64,000 nt of DNA from an uncultured Acidobacteriota bacterium (GCA_963739435.1 CAVUAN010000005.1:41609-105608); one strand, 5' to 3'; positions 8,881-20,859 are shown, counted from the stretch's first letter. Notes: generated by a model from the sequence alone, not told the origin. Translations and numbers: made by a program.

Positions 8881-9323
8881 AGGGCCGGAAGGTACCTCTT
8901 CGCCTGGGTGATGGGATTTGGAACGAATATGGCGTCCTTCTCGCAAACGGTCTCGCACAGGCGGCACGAGACGCAGGGGCCGGCGTCGACCTCGGCGATC
9001 TTGTGAAACGTCTCGTGAAACGGATCGTCGATCAGGTAGATACAGTCGAAGGGGCAAATGTCGATGCAGAACTCGCAGCCCGTGCACAGGTCCCGATCCA
9101 CGATGGCCTTGGGGATGTCCTTGGGACGCACCTTTTCGACGAGCAGGCCCTTGTGGTCCTCGATGCAGGAGACCGGACAATAACGGGCGCAGACCGAGCA
9201 ATCGATGCAGCGGTCGGCGTGGATGACGTACTTCTCGCTCTTGTCACCCGTGATCGTGTGCGTGGGGCACTTGATCTCGCACACCCCGCACCCGATGCAC
9301 GTATCTGTAATGAAATGAGGCAT
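8877..9323 (-). CDS. Polyferredoxin, 4x[4Fe-4S]
   Basis: Four CxxCxxCxxxC motifs: CIGCGVCEIKC, CIDCSVCARYC, CTGCEFCIDIC, CVSCRLCETVC. Confidence 0.92.
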   Translation of the reverse strand: MPHFITDTCIGCGVCEIKCPTHTITGDKSEKYVIHADRCIDCSVCARYCPVSCIEDHKGLLVEKVRPKDIPKAIVDRDLCTGCEFCIDICPFDCIYLIDDPFHETFHKIAEVDAGPCVSCRLCETVCEKDAIFVPNPITQAKRYLPAL

Positions 9324-9346
9324 TCCTCAACAAACTACCACAGAGG

Positions 9347-9462
9347 CCTCACCCTCTCCCCCCGGGAGAGGGGCGGGGTGAGGGGTGAACAGAAGCCCAA
9401 ACATGGACCTTTTCTCGCCTTTGACTCCCCCTCACCCTAACCCTCTCCCGGAGGGAGAGGGA
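9347..9462. repeat. REP-like palindromic pair (CCCTCACCC..CCCTCTCCC..GGGAGAGGG)
   Basis: ccctctcccccgggagaggggcggggtgagggg followed by inverted cccctcaccctaaccctctcccggagggagaggg. Confidence 0.85.
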
Positions 9463-9518
9463 AAAGAGCGGGAACTTCCTGCCCTCTGATACGTTCAGAG
9501 TATTGTGAGAGAACGCCT

Positions 9519-10079
9519 ATGAAAGAGATCCGCGCCGTGGTCATGGGGCTCTTCGTGGTGCTGCTGGTGGTGCTGGCGCTGGCGGTGTGGCGGCGGCCGG
9601 CTGTCGAGTTTTCGCGCGTCAAGGGGTACCGGGTGGAGGTTCGGGAGAACGAGGGCGGCTCGACTCGCCACGTGTCCTTCACCGTCCCCTCGAACTTCGT
9701 CGCCCGGATGGCCAAGCTCGTCCCGCTCGACAGCATCGGCGGCGACCTGCGGGCCGACTGGGGCCGGAGCGACGTCACGCCTCGGGACATCCTGGAGGCC
9801 GCAGACGGCAGCACGCCGGACAAGCCCGGCCTCATCAAGCGGGACGACTACACGATCGAGGTCAAGCCGGACGGGACGGCCCTCGACATTCTCCTCAAGG
9901 ACAACTGGGACAAGACCGTCAAGGTGCGGCTGCCGCGGGCCATCGTCGAGAGCTTCGGCGGCGGCCAGCGGATCACGACGCGCGACATCCTGAGGAAGCT
10001 CGACGAGCTGGGCCCCGGGGACGTTGTCGTCGTGAAAGACCGGGATAAGGAAGTCACGATCACCGCCGAAGCCCGCTAG
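9519..10079 (+). CDS. Hypothetical membrane-anchored protein with two internal ~75-aa repeats
   Basis: N-terminal TM; [14 protein letters not shown] and [14 protein letters not shown] repeats; GC3-rich codon use. Confidence 0.75.
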   Translation: MKEIRAVVMGLFVVLLVVLALAVWRRPAVEFSRVKGYRVEVRENEGGSTRHVSFTVPSNFVARMAKLVPLDSIGGDLRADWGRSDVTPRDILEAADGSTPDKPGLIKRDDYTIEVKPDGTALDILLKDNWDKTVKVRLPRAIVESFGGGQRITTRDILRKLDELGPGDVVVVKDRDKEVTITAEAR

Positions 10080-10105
10080 GCCCAAACGGGCATATCCTCG
10101 GGAAC

Positions 10106-12143
<2,038 letters not shown>

Positions 12144-12151
<8 letters not shown>

Positions 12152-12332
12152 GCCGACCCCGACCCCGCCCGCGCGCCGCGGACCCGGCCTGGCCGTTCTG
12201 ATGATCCTCCTCTATGCGGCCGCTTTCGGCGCCGGGTTGTGGTGGTTTCGCTCCAAGTCGCCCCTGTTCCACCGCAGCCCCACCGTTGCCCCCTCTCCCA
12301 CTCCCCCACCCTCTCCCTCCGGTTCTCGATGA
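12144..12332 (+). CDS. 62-aa single-TM Pro-rich small protein
   Basis: [35 protein letters not shown]...; overlaps the yyaL stop, and its own stop overlaps the next ATG (ATGA). Confidence 0.65.
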
Positions 12333-13363
12333 CGACCGGTCTCCTCTACGACGAGCGGTTTCTCCTCCACCGCGCGCCCGCCGGCCACCCGGAGCACGAG
12401 GGACGGATCGAAGCGATCTGGAACCGCTTCGAGAGCGAAGGCCTCGCCGGGCGCTGCGAGCGCGTGGCGGCAAGGCCCGCGACGCGCGAAGAGATCCTCG
12501 CGGTGCACACCGAGAGCCTGCTTGCCGAGGTCCACGCGACCGCCCTGCACGAGCTCACGCAGCTCGACCCCGACACGTATGCGCGCCGCGAGTCCGAGGC
12601 GGCGGCGCTCCTCGCGGCAGGCGGCCTTTCGGAGCTCACGGCTCCAGTCCTGGTTGGCCGTCTCTCCAACGGCTTCGCCCTCGTTCGCCCTCCGGGCCAC
12701 CACGCCGAGGCCGGCCACGCCATGGGCTTCTGCCTCTTCAACAACGTGGCCGTCGCCGCGCGCGCCGCACAGAAGAAGGGTGCAAAAAGAATCCTGATCG
12801 TGGATTGGGACGTCCACCATGGCAACGGGACTCAGAACACGTTCTGGGACGACCCCGACGTCCTCTACTTCTCGACACACCAGTACCCGTTCTACCCGGG
12901 CACGGGCTCGATCGGTGAGACCGGCGGCGCCGCGGCGCCGGGGCGCACCGTCAACGTGCCCTGGCCGGCCGGCATGGGCGACGCCGAGTACCTCGCTGCC
13001 TTCGACCGCGTGCTCCTCCCGATCGCGCGCGCCTTCTCGCCCGACCTCGTGCTCGTCTCGGCGGGATTCGACGCGGCGGCCGGGGACCTTCTCGGCGGCA
13101 TGCGGATCTCGCCCTCCGGCTACGCGGCGATGACGTCGCGCCTTCTGCCCCTCGCTGGCGGCCGAGTGGTGCTCGCCCTCGAAGGCGGCTACAACCTCGA
13201 CGCCATCTCGGCCTCGGCCGCCGCTTGCCTTCGGGTCCTGCTCGGGGACGCGCCCTCTCGCACGGACTTCGGCGCACCCGCGCCCCTGGCCGCCCGCATC
13301 CTCGACGCGGTCCTCCGCGAGCAGTCGCCCTTTTGGCCCGGCGGGTTCAGCGCTCGCGCGTGA
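12329..13363 (+). CDS. Histone deacetylase family Zn-dependent amidohydrolase
   Basis: HPE, RPPGHHA, GFCLFNN, DWDVHHGNGTQ, SAGFDA, LEGGY. Confidence 0.95.
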   Translation: MTTGLLYDERFLLHRAPAGHPEHEGRIEAIWNRFESEGLAGRCERVAARPATREEILAVHTESLLAEVHATALHELTQLDPDTYARRESEAAALLAAGGLSELTAPVLVGRLSNGFALVRPPGHHAEAGHAMGFCLFNNVAVAARAAQKKGAKRILIVDWDVHHGNGTQNTFWDDPDVLYFSTHQYPFYPGTGSIGETGGAAAPGRTVNVPWPAGMGDAEYLAAFDRVLLPIARAFSPDLVLVSAGFDAAAGDLLGGMRISPSGYAAMTSRLLPLAGGRVVLALEGGYNLDAISASAAACLRVLLGDAPSRTDFGAPAPLAARILDAVLREQSPFWPGGFSARA

Positions 13364-16007
13364 AGAGGACGACGTCGCTCGTCGACTGGTAGTTACCCAC
13401 GACGAGGTTCTTTCCGTCGGGCGTCCAGGCGAGGCCGCGGCCGCGCACCTCGGCGGGCAGGTCGCGGAGCCTCCGCATCGATGCCGGCGCGGCTGGATCG
13501 ATGATCCAGAACGAGGTCTCGCTGCTGCCGGGTACGGCCATCGCCGCGAGAGTCCGGCCATCGGGCGACCAGGCGAGATAGCCGTTGCCGAGGTGCGGGC
13601 CCGAGTCCTCGGGGAACCGGGAGACCGGTTTGCCGACTGGATCGACGAACCGAAGCCTGGTGGGACCTCCCTGGATCGGTTCCAGATAAGCGATCAGATC
13701 TCCGAGCGGAGACCAGGCACCCGAATGCGCCGCCCCGGGAGTCGGCAGGCGGGCGATCCTTCCGTCGGCGATGCGGAGGCGGAAGAGACCCGGCACGTCG
13801 CCAGCCGGAGCGGCGTAGAGGATTTCGCTGCCGTCGGGCGACCAGCACAGAGTATCGAGAGCCTGCGCCGCCGCGATCCGCCGCGGGGCGCCGCCCTCAA
13901 TCGGGACGATCCAGATGCTCCGCTGCCCTCCCCGATCGGACACGAAGGCGATCTGCTTGCCATCGGGAGAAACAGCCGGATGCTCATCGAGCGCGTTGCC
14001 CGCCGTGAGCGGTTGCGGGTCCGCGGCTTCGGCACCGGCCAGCCAGAGATTCCGGCTGCCCGAACGGGACGAGCTGAAGACGATCCGGCCCGACTGCGGC
14101 ACAACGGCCGGGTCGACGTCGCCTGTTTCGCCGTCCGTCAGCGCCCGCGGCGCGGCCTCGGCCACGGCTTGGACGGGTATCGACAGAAGAGACTGCCGGG
14201 TGTCGACGAGCGTTGAAACGAGAAACCGGCCGTCGGCGGAGAGTCTGGACTCCGCGTAGCTTCCAACGCCCACGGTCAGCCGCCGCGGCTCGCCCCGGCC
14301 AAAGGGCTGCCACCACAGGCCGAGATCGGCGCTGTCGACGTTCGCAGCGTAGAGGAGGCCGCGGCCCTCGGGCATCGGCACGGGGTACACGGCGCGGCGA
14401 GAGGTCCGCACGACGGGCTCGGGTTCTCCGCCCGTGGCCGGCACGCGGAAAATCTCGGCGGGCTCGCCGTTCGCGCTGACGATGCCGTAGATGAAATAGA
14501 CGAACCTCCCGTCTGAGGACCATGCCGGCCAGTGGGTGTGAAGGCCTCCGCGCGCTTTCAGGATCTCCTTCGGATTGCTGCCGTCTGAGTCGGCCGCCAC
14601 GAGGGCGTCGCCGAGTGAAGAGCCTGCGCGCACGTAGACGATGCGGCGCCCGTCCGGCGAGAAATGAACACTGTGTGCGCCGGCCAGGAACCGGCGCGGC
14701 GCGCCGCCCAGCGGAACGGGGATCGCCCAACTTTCGTAAGCCAGCGGGACCGGGGCGGGCACCGGTCCAGGCGCCGCCGCGTCCACGAGGAGAAGCGTGC
14801 CATCCGGCGAAACATCCGGACCTCCAATGTCCACGCGCGACTGGACGTTCAATCCCGTCCTGGCCGTCAGGTTGACGGCTTCCCCGCCCGCGAGGAACTT
14901 GACGAACACGTCCGTGGGTCCCCGCACATCCGAGAGATAGGCGACCCACTTGCCGTCGGGCGACAGGACGGCTCCGAACTGCCGGCCGGGGCCGCCGGCT
15001 ATCCTCACAGCACGGGAAAAGGACGGAGCGCCGACGCCGGCGGCGAGCACAGGACGCAGGAGCCAGGCCAACGCGAAAGCTGCGGCCGCTCCGACGAGAA
15101 CCGGGAGCCAGATGCCCGCCCTATTTGCCCGGGGCGCCGACGCCAGGGTCGGTTCGGCCCCGGAGGCGCTCGAGAGAGATTCGAGGGCGAACGCGAGGTC
15201 GCGGCCCGACTGAAAGCGTTCCTCCGGATTCTTCTCCAGGCAGCGCTTCGTGATCCTCTCGAGAGCCGGCGAGGTGCCCGGGGGAAGATCGGCGGGCTCC
15301 TCCCGGAGGATCGCCGTCATCACGTCCGCCGGCGTCGAGCCTCGGAAGGCTCGGTGCCCGGCCAGCATCTCGTAGAGCACGGCTCCGAGCGCGAAGATGT
15401 CCGTTCGCGGGTCGGCGGTCTGGCCGCGCACCTGTTCCGGCGACATATAGCCGACCGTTCCGAGGACTGTCCCCGGCTGCGTGCGCTCGGCGGCCGTCGG
15501 GGCCTGGGACGACGCGAGAACATCGGAATCGACCACGCGAGCGAGGCCGAAATCGACGATCTTGGCGCGCCCCTGCTTCGAGACGAGAATGTTCCCGGGC
15601 TTCAAATCGCGGTGCACGATCCCCGCCTCGTGCGCACGGGCGAGTCCGTCGGCAATCTGGGCCGCAAGCGAAGCGGCCCGCCGCGCCGTGATGGCGCCCT
15701 GGCCCATCAGGTCGCGCAAGGTCTCGCCTTCGACCAGCTCCATGCCGATCCAGGCGACCCCGCCGGCTTCTCCGACGTCGTAGATCGTGACGATGTTCGG
15801 GTGATTCAAGGCCGAGGCCGCCCGCGCCTCCGATTCGAACCGGGAGAGCCGTTCTTTGTCCCGCGTGAGCCCCGCCGGCAGGACCTTGACGGCCGCCTCT
15901 CGCCCGAGGCGCGTGTCGCGCGCCCGGTACACCTCTCCCATCCCGCCCGCGCCGATCAGCGCGACGATCTCGTACGGGCCCAGGCGCGTCCCGGCGGAGA
16001 GCGTCAT
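13347..16007 (-). CDS. Hanks-type Ser/Thr kinase with TM and TolB/PD40 beta-propellers
   Basis: GAGGMGEVY, AVK, HRDLKPGN, DFGLA, YMSPEQ; multiple SPDG repeats. Confidence 0.95.
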   Translation of the reverse strand: MTLSAGTRLGPYEIVALIGAGGMGEVYRARDTRLGREAAVKVLPAGLTRDKERLSRFESEARAASALNHPNIVTIYDVGEAGGVAWIGMELVEGETLRDLMGQGAITARRAASLAAQIADGLARAHEAGIVHRDLKPGNILVSKQGRAKIVDFGLARVVDSDVLASSQAPTAAERTQPGTVLGTVGYMSPEQVRGQTADPRTDIFALGAVLYEMLAGHRAFRGSTPADVMTAILREEPADLPPGTSPALERITKRCLEKNPEERFQSGRDLAFALESLSSASGAEPTLASAPRANRAGIWLPVLVGAAAAFALAWLLRPVLAAGVGAPSFSRAVRIAGGPGRQFGAVLSPDGKWVAYLSDVRGPTDVFVKFLAGGEAVNLTARTGLNVQSRVDIGGPDVSPDGTLLLVDAAAPGPVPAPVPLAYESWAIPVPLGGAPRRFLAGAHSVHFSPDGRRIVYVRAGSSLGDALVAADSDGSNPKEILKARGGLHTHWPAWSSDGRFVYFIYGIVSANGEPAEIFRVPATGGEPEPVVRTSRRAVYPVPMPEGRGLLYAANVDSADLGLWWQPFGRGEPRRLTVGVGSYAESRLSADGRFLVSTLVDTRQSLLSIPVQAVAEAAPRALTDGETGDVDPAVVPQSGRIVFSSSRSGSRNLWLAGAEAADPQPLTAGNALDEHPAVSPDGKQIAFVSDRGGQRSIWIVPIEGGAPRRIAAAQALDTLCWSPDGSEILYAAPAGDVPGLFRLRIADGRIARLPTPGAAHSGAWSPLGDLIAYLEPIQGGPTRLRFVDPVGKPVSRFPEDSGPHLGNGYLAWSPDGRTLAAMAVPGSSETSFWIIDPAAPASMRRLRDLPAEVRGRGLAWTPDGKNLVVGNYQSTSDVVLFTRER

Positions 16008-16014
16008 TCGAGAC

Positions 16015-17952
16015 CTACCTCAGGAGGTTCTCCTGCATGAACGCGATCGTGGCATAGAACTGGTAGTCCTGGTTGCGCTTCTTGGAGAAGCCGTGCCCTT
16101 CGTCCTTGCCCATGAGGTACCACACGGCGCCTCCGTTCTTGCGAATCGTCGCCACCATCTGCTCCGACTCGTTGTGCGGCACGCGGGGGTCGTTTGCTCC
16201 AGCCACGACGAAAAGCGGCTTCGTGATTTTGCTGGCGTTTGTCAGGGGCGAGATGCGGATCAGGAACTCCCGCATTTTCGGGTCGCGCTCGTCGCCGTAC
16301 TCGACGCGCCGCAAGTCGCGCCGGTAGGCCTCCGTCTTCTCGAGGAACGTCACGAAGTTCGAGATGCCGACGACATCGAGCGAGCAGCGGATCCGGTCGT
16401 TGTAGGCGACGGCCGAGGCGAGCGTCATGTACCCCCCGTAACTGCCGCCCGTGATCATGATCCGGTCGGAGTCGAGGTCCGGACGGGTCTTGATCCAGTC
16501 GAGAAGGGCCCCGATGTCCTTGACCGAGTCTTCGCGCAGGACACCATTGTCGAGCGTGACAAAAGTCTTACCGAAGCCCGTCGAGCCCCGGACGTTGGGG
16601 TAAATGACCGCGACGCCGAGCTCGTTCAAGTAGTAGTTGCCGCGGCCGAGGTAGCCTGGCCGGGCCTGCCCCTCGGGTCCGCCGTGGATGTTGACGAGGA
16701 CCGGCCGCTTGCCCGAGAAGCGCGCAGGCGGCTTTGTGAGGAAGCCGGAAATCGTCTTGCCGTCGAAGCTCTTCCAGCGCACGAGCTCGGGCTCGCTGAA
16801 GGTCTCGGCGTTCAACCCTCCCGTTTCGCTCTCCGTCCACCGCTCGACTTTTCCCGAGTCGGCGTCGTAGGAGTAGACATCTGCGGGAGACCGGGCGCCG
16901 GAGAAGGAGAATGCGAGGTCGCGGCCGTTCAGGTGCCAGGACACTCCGCCGATCGTGCCGAGTCCCTGCCCCGGCACCTTCGTCTCCTTGCCCGTCGCGA
17001 CCTCCTGCACGCGCAAGACGCTCGCGCCGTCCTCGTTCGTCACGTAGGCCAGGCGCTTGCCGTCGCGCGTCAGCTCGAAGGTCTCGACGTCCCAGGGGAT
17101 CTGCGACGTCAGGAACGTGTGCTTGCCCGTCGCGAGGTCGATGCGGGCCAGACGCTGGAACTCGGAGTCCCTGTCTGTCGCGACGTAAACCGACTTGCCA
17201 TCGGGCGCAAACTGCCCGCCATCGTAGGCGATCTTTTCTTTTCCTCCCTTCGGCGTGACGAGCGTCCTCTGTCCGCTAGCTGCGTCGAAGAGCCACAAGT
17301 ACGACTCGTTGACCGAGATGCCTTCCGCGACGAGCACTTTCGTGCCGTCCGGCGACCAGTCGAGCGCGCGCCAGCCGCCGCCCGAAAGCTCCGCCAGGCG
17401 CCGGTCGGTCTTCGGGTCCGCCGGGCTCTGCACGTAGAGATCGGCGTCCTGCCCGTTGCGCCGTGTCGAGGTGTAGGCGACCCGGTCCCCCTGGCGTGAC
17501 CAGGCGCCCAGGCTGTTGCGCGACTTGCCGTCGGTTGTGAGCGTCACGGCGCCTGATGCCATGTCATAGCGGTAGATCTGGTAGAACTCGCCCCCGCCCA
17601 CGTCCTTGGCGAAAAGGAAGAAGTCGCCGCGCGTGGGCTGGAAAGACGCTCCGAACACGCGGTCCGGATAGAAGGTCATCTGCCGGCGCGCACCGCCGGG
17701 CATTTTCACGAGATGGACCTGAACCGTGTCGGCAAAGCGAGTCGCGATGAGCATCTCGCGGCGCACGGGGTGCCAGCTCTCGAAGGCGGCCGACCGACTC
17801 TCGGTGTAGGGCCGGACCGCCTCGGCAATCCCGCCGGGGATCTTCGGAATCCCCTCGACGACGAGGTTTTCGTTCGGAACAATGTCGCCCGCCTGGGCAA
17901 GCAGGGAGGCTGCCGACAGCAGGCTGGCCAGCGCAAGGGAAACGACTTTCAT
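16015..17952 (-). CDS. Secreted S9 family prolyl oligopeptidase/aminoacyl peptidase
   Basis: Signal peptide, propeller domain, IHGGPE, GGSYGG, NDPRVP, DEGHGF. Confidence 0.93.
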   Translation of the reverse strand: MKVVSLALASLLSAASLLAQAGDIVPNENLVVEGIPKIPGGIAEAVRPYTESRSAAFESWHPVRREMLIATRFADTVQVHLVKMPGGARRQMTFYPDRVFGASFQPTRGDFFLFAKDVGGGEFYQIYRYDMASGAVTLTTDGKSRNSLGAWSRQGDRVAYTSTRRNGQDADLYVQSPADPKTDRRLAELSGGGWRALDWSPDGTKVLVAEGISVNESYLWLFDAASGQRTLVTPKGGKEKIAYDGGQFAPDGKSVYVATDRDSEFQRLARIDLATGKHTFLTSQIPWDVETFELTRDGKRLAYVTNEDGASVLRVQEVATGKETKVPGQGLGTIGGVSWHLNGRDLAFSFSGARSPADVYSYDADSGKVERWTESETGGLNAETFSEPELVRWKSFDGKTISGFLTKPPARFSGKRPVLVNIHGGPEGQARPGYLGRGNYYLNELGVAVIYPNVRGSTGFGKTFVTLDNGVLREDSVKDIGALLDWIKTRPDLDSDRIMITGGSYGGYMTLASAVAYNDRIRCSLDVVGISNFVTFLEKTEAYRRDLRRVEYGDERDPKMREFLIRISPLTNASKITKPLFVVAGANDPRVPHNESEQMVATIRKNGGAVWYLMGKDEGHGFSKKRNQDYQFYATIAFMQENLLR

Positions 17953-17999
17953 GATCCCTCCTCAACGAGAGGGAGGGATTCTACCGGGCAATCGAAGAG

Positions 18000-18548
18000 T
18001 CAGTCGTCCTGATCGGGCAGCGAGGTGTTGAGCAGGGAGGTGAGGTCGTAAGAGCCGGGGGCGAAGTGGAGGGTCAGGGCGCCCGGATCGAACTGTGTGC
18101 GCTCGAGCGAGAGGTCGATGCCGGGCGGCATCCAGTCGTTCAGGTTCACGACCATGATGCGGTCCTCGGGGTACCAGGTCAGAAGGCCCTGCGGGGCCTT
18201 CGCAACGAGGTAGGCCAGGAGCTGATCGGGGATAGGGATGAAGGAGAGCGCCTGGACCTTGTCCAGAACGAACGCCAGGAACCCGTCCTTCAGGCGCAGC
18301 TGCGTGAGGGTGGCCCGGGCGGAGAGCGGCACGCCGTAGCGCCGGACGGTGAGACCGGCTGTCAGCTCGCCGTTATCGAGCGAGAGATTGAGGTCCTGGA
18401 GGTCGGGGATCCGGTCGACCAGGCGGTGAACGAGGGCATTTAAGGTCCTCTCGTCCAGGGTCACCGAAAGACCGCTCCAGCGAGCCTGGAAGCCTTCCGG
18501 CTCGGAGGAGGGATCGGAGACGGGCACGGCGGAGAAGCGGCGCGGCAC
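18000..18548 (-). CDS. Hypothetical protein (possibly LmeA/TULIP-like elongated beta fold)
   Basis: Clean ORF with typical codon use, TATAAT 5 nt upstream; fold call is a guess from the pattern. Confidence 0.65.
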   Translation of the reverse strand: MPRRFSAVPVSDPSSEPEGFQARWSGLSVTLDERTLNALVHRLVDRIPDLQDLNLSLDNGELTAGLTVRRYGVPLSARATLTQLRLKDGFLAFVLDKVQALSFIPIPDQLLAYLVAKAPQGLLTWYPEDRIMVVNLNDWMPPGIDLSLERTQFDPGALTLHFAPGSYDLTSLLNTSLPDQDD

Positions 18549-18568
18549 ATCTCATTATAACAGGGGGC

Positions 18569-19546
18569 CTAGAAGACATACGCCAGCGCGAAGCCCACCT
18601 GTGCCGCCATCATGAGCAGGTACATGTGGGTCCAGGCCGGATGGTTCTCCGTGCGGGCCAGGTCGTCCGGGTTTCGCAGCAGAAGCCGCGCGGCATAACC
18701 GCCCCACGCGGCGAGCCCGAGCCCGAGCACCGTCAGGAGAGCTCGGTTGCCCGTGAGGAGCGCTCCCCCGCTCCCGTCCGGGTCGGGAAGCCGGGCGAGC
18801 ACGGGGATGAGCAGCCAGGGAAGAACGAAGAACGGCGCCATCATTTGCGCCGCGCGCCTCACACCAAACCGGATTGGCAGCGTGACGCAGCCGTGGGCCC
18901 GGTCGCCTTCCATGTCGGAGAAATCCTTCGTCGACGTCGCGCCCAGCAGGAACAGCGCGAAGACGGCTCCGATCGCCCACGCCTCCGCGAACAGGACCGA
19001 CGCAACGAACGCCCATCCCGCGACCTTGAGCAGCCCGCCGCGTGTGACGGCGATCGTGAAGTTCGCGCCGAACCAGTGGCGCTTGGTGCGGCCGAAAGCC
19101 GGGAACGAGTACACGAACGTCGCGAGGGCTCCGAGGAGATAGATGAAGAACGCGGCGTGAAGGTGGAGGGGCGCCCCGATTCGATCGCCCAACGCCTTGT
19201 AAGGGTATGGAACGACGATCCAGGTCGGAACGATGGCCAGCGCGTACAGGAATGCCGACACGGCCCAGGCCTCCGGAATGCCGATCTCGCCTGTCACGAG
19301 CGGGCGCCCGGGCTTGTTCTGCCGGTCGATTGCGAGGTCTGCAATCTGGTTGACGATGTTGGAGGCCGCGTTCATGGCCGAAGCGCAGACCGAGCCGACC
19401 AGGACGGTCAGAACGACGGCCCAGGTCAGGCGCCGCGAGGGGTCCGGGTTGTGAGCCGAGCCGAAGGCGCAGACGGCTCCCGACACGATGCCGAGAAGGG
19501 GCGGCACGAGAGTGAAGGGCCGGACGAGCCGTATCCAGCGCTTCAT
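18569..19546 (-). CDS. UbiA family prenyltransferase (DGGGP synthase/chlorophyll synthase-like)
   Basis: MKRWIRLVRPFTL; NQIADLAIDRQNKPGRPL; KDFSDMEGD...TLP; multiple TMs. Confidence 0.9.
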   Translation of the reverse strand: MKRWIRLVRPFTLVPPLLGIVSGAVCAFGSAHNPDPSRRLTWAVVLTVLVGSVCASAMNAASNIVNQIADLAIDRQNKPGRPLVTGEIGIPEAWAVSAFLYALAIVPTWIVVPYPYKALGDRIGAPLHLHAAFFIYLLGALATFVYSFPAFGRTKRHWFGANFTIAVTRGGLLKVAGWAFVASVLFAEAWAIGAVFALFLLGATSTKDFSDMEGDRAHGCVTLPIRFGVRRAAQMMAPFFVLPWLLIPVLARLPDPDGSGGALLTGNRALLTVLGLGLAAWGGYAARLLLRNPDDLARTENHPAWTHMYLLMMAAQVGFALAYVF

Positions 19547-20859
19547 CCGCGGATCGAGGTGACGGCTGCTCCCATGAGAAGCGCCGCAATCCCGCCGACG
19601 AACGTGTTGAAGGCGTTGGCGAAGTCGTGGTCGAGCTCGAAGTCCATGCGCCGGCCGAGGTCCTTGACGACACTCTCGGCGAAACTGCCGAGGAATCCGC
19701 CCAGAACCACGAGCCAGAGGACGCCCGGATCCGCGACGCCCAGGAGCCAGGCGGCGGCCGCCATCAGCGCCGAACCCAGCAGGCTCGCCGCCGTTCCGGG
19801 CCACGAAATCGCTCCCGGGGTGCCGACCGGAAGGACACGGAACGTCGTCGGGGAAAAGGCCTGCTTGCCGTAGAGCGTTCCGACTTCGGTTCCCAAGGTA
19901 TCTGCGAGAGCCGCGGCGAAGGCGGCCGGAAAGCAGATGGGTGCGAACCCGAACATCAGGAAGGCCGTCGGCACGGCGCAGTTGGCAACGACGTTTGCAG
20001 CTCCGCGCCGGCCCCGGTTGGCTTCAGCCAGCCCGGCTTGCGCCTTCCTCCGGAAGCCGAGCGCCGTGGCGGCCGTTCCGATGAGGAAGAAGGCCCACAG
20101 AAGCCCGTAGCGGCTCCACCCACCGAAGGCGACGACGAAAAAGCCGACGACCGCTCCGCTCACCGCGCCCGAGCGGCTCACGAAGCCGAGCCGCCCGCCG
20201 AGGAAAGCAACGGCCAGGTTGACGGCGGCCGCGAGCACGATCGTCTTGACCGAAAGATGGCCCCAACCGAATGCCCGGACACGCGGGTCCATCCCGGCAA
20301 GGGTGACGAGAACCAGAGCCGTCGGGAGGGCCGCGACGATGTTGTCGTCGAGACCCGAGCGGACCGACTCGAGAAACGCGAAGACCGCAGCCCCGACGAA
20401 GAGAACCGGGATGGTCACGGGAGCCGGAGGCTGCCCCGCGTAGACCCAGAGAGCGGCGACAGCCGTGCCGCCGGCCACAGCCCAGTTCGACAACAGCCCG
20501 GTCCAGGTCTTCTCGCGATTCCACGGGAGGGCCGGGCCCCCGATCAGCCGCCCGGCAATCGTGGCCGCCGGATCGCCGAAGGCCATCATGGCCCAGACCA
20601 TGGCCACGATCTCGAGCTGGTGGCGAAAGACCAGGATGAGGATCAGCACCACCGCCGCATAGGCGACGATGCCCGTGTCGCGCTTCCTGGATCCGTCCCG
20701 ATAGATGCCTCGGCCGATCCTCGGCATGACGAAGAGATTGAAGGCGAGCGCCGCGAGAGCGCAGACAGCAGCCTGCTGCCAGGTCAGCCACCGCAGGGAG
20801 AAAGCGAAGAGCCCCATGCCGGCATGGACGGCCTTCCTCCTCCATTCCGCCGGAGTCAC
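19543..20859 (-). CDS. Fusion of a phytol/dolichol kinase-like domain and a DUF92 domain
   Basis: N-part EWRRKAVH...FGDPAATIAG...EKTWTG...DDN; C-part GRRGAANVVAN, ALADTLGTEVG, PVGTPGAISWPGT, FAESV, ANAFNT. Confidence 0.85.
   Translation of the reverse strand: MTPAEWRRKAVHAGMGLFAFSLRWLTWQQAAVCALAALAFNLFVMPRIGRGIYRDGSRKRDTGIVAYAAVVLILILVFRHQLEIVAMVWAMMAFGDPAATIAGRLIGGPALPWNREKTWTGLLSNWAVAGGTAVAALWVYAGQPPAPVTIPVLFVGAAVFAFLESVRSGLDDNIVAALPTALVLVTLAGMDPRVRAFGWGHLSVKTIVLAAAVNLAVAFLGGRLGFVSRSGAVSGAVVGFFVVAFGGWSRYGLLWAFFLIGTAATALGFRRKAQAGLAEANRGRRGAANVVANCAVPTAFLMFGFAPICFPAAFAAALADTLGTEVGTLYGKQAFSPTTFRVLPVGTPGAISWPGTAASLLGSALMAAAAWLLGVADPGVLWLVVLGGFLGSFAESVVKDLGRRMDFELDHDFANAFNTFVGGIAALLMGAAVTSIRG

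Noticed and set aside
13347-17952. Kinase-TolB plus S9 peptidase as a novel system
   Set aside because: Both architectures are abundant in Acidobacteriota; nothing beyond adjacency links them
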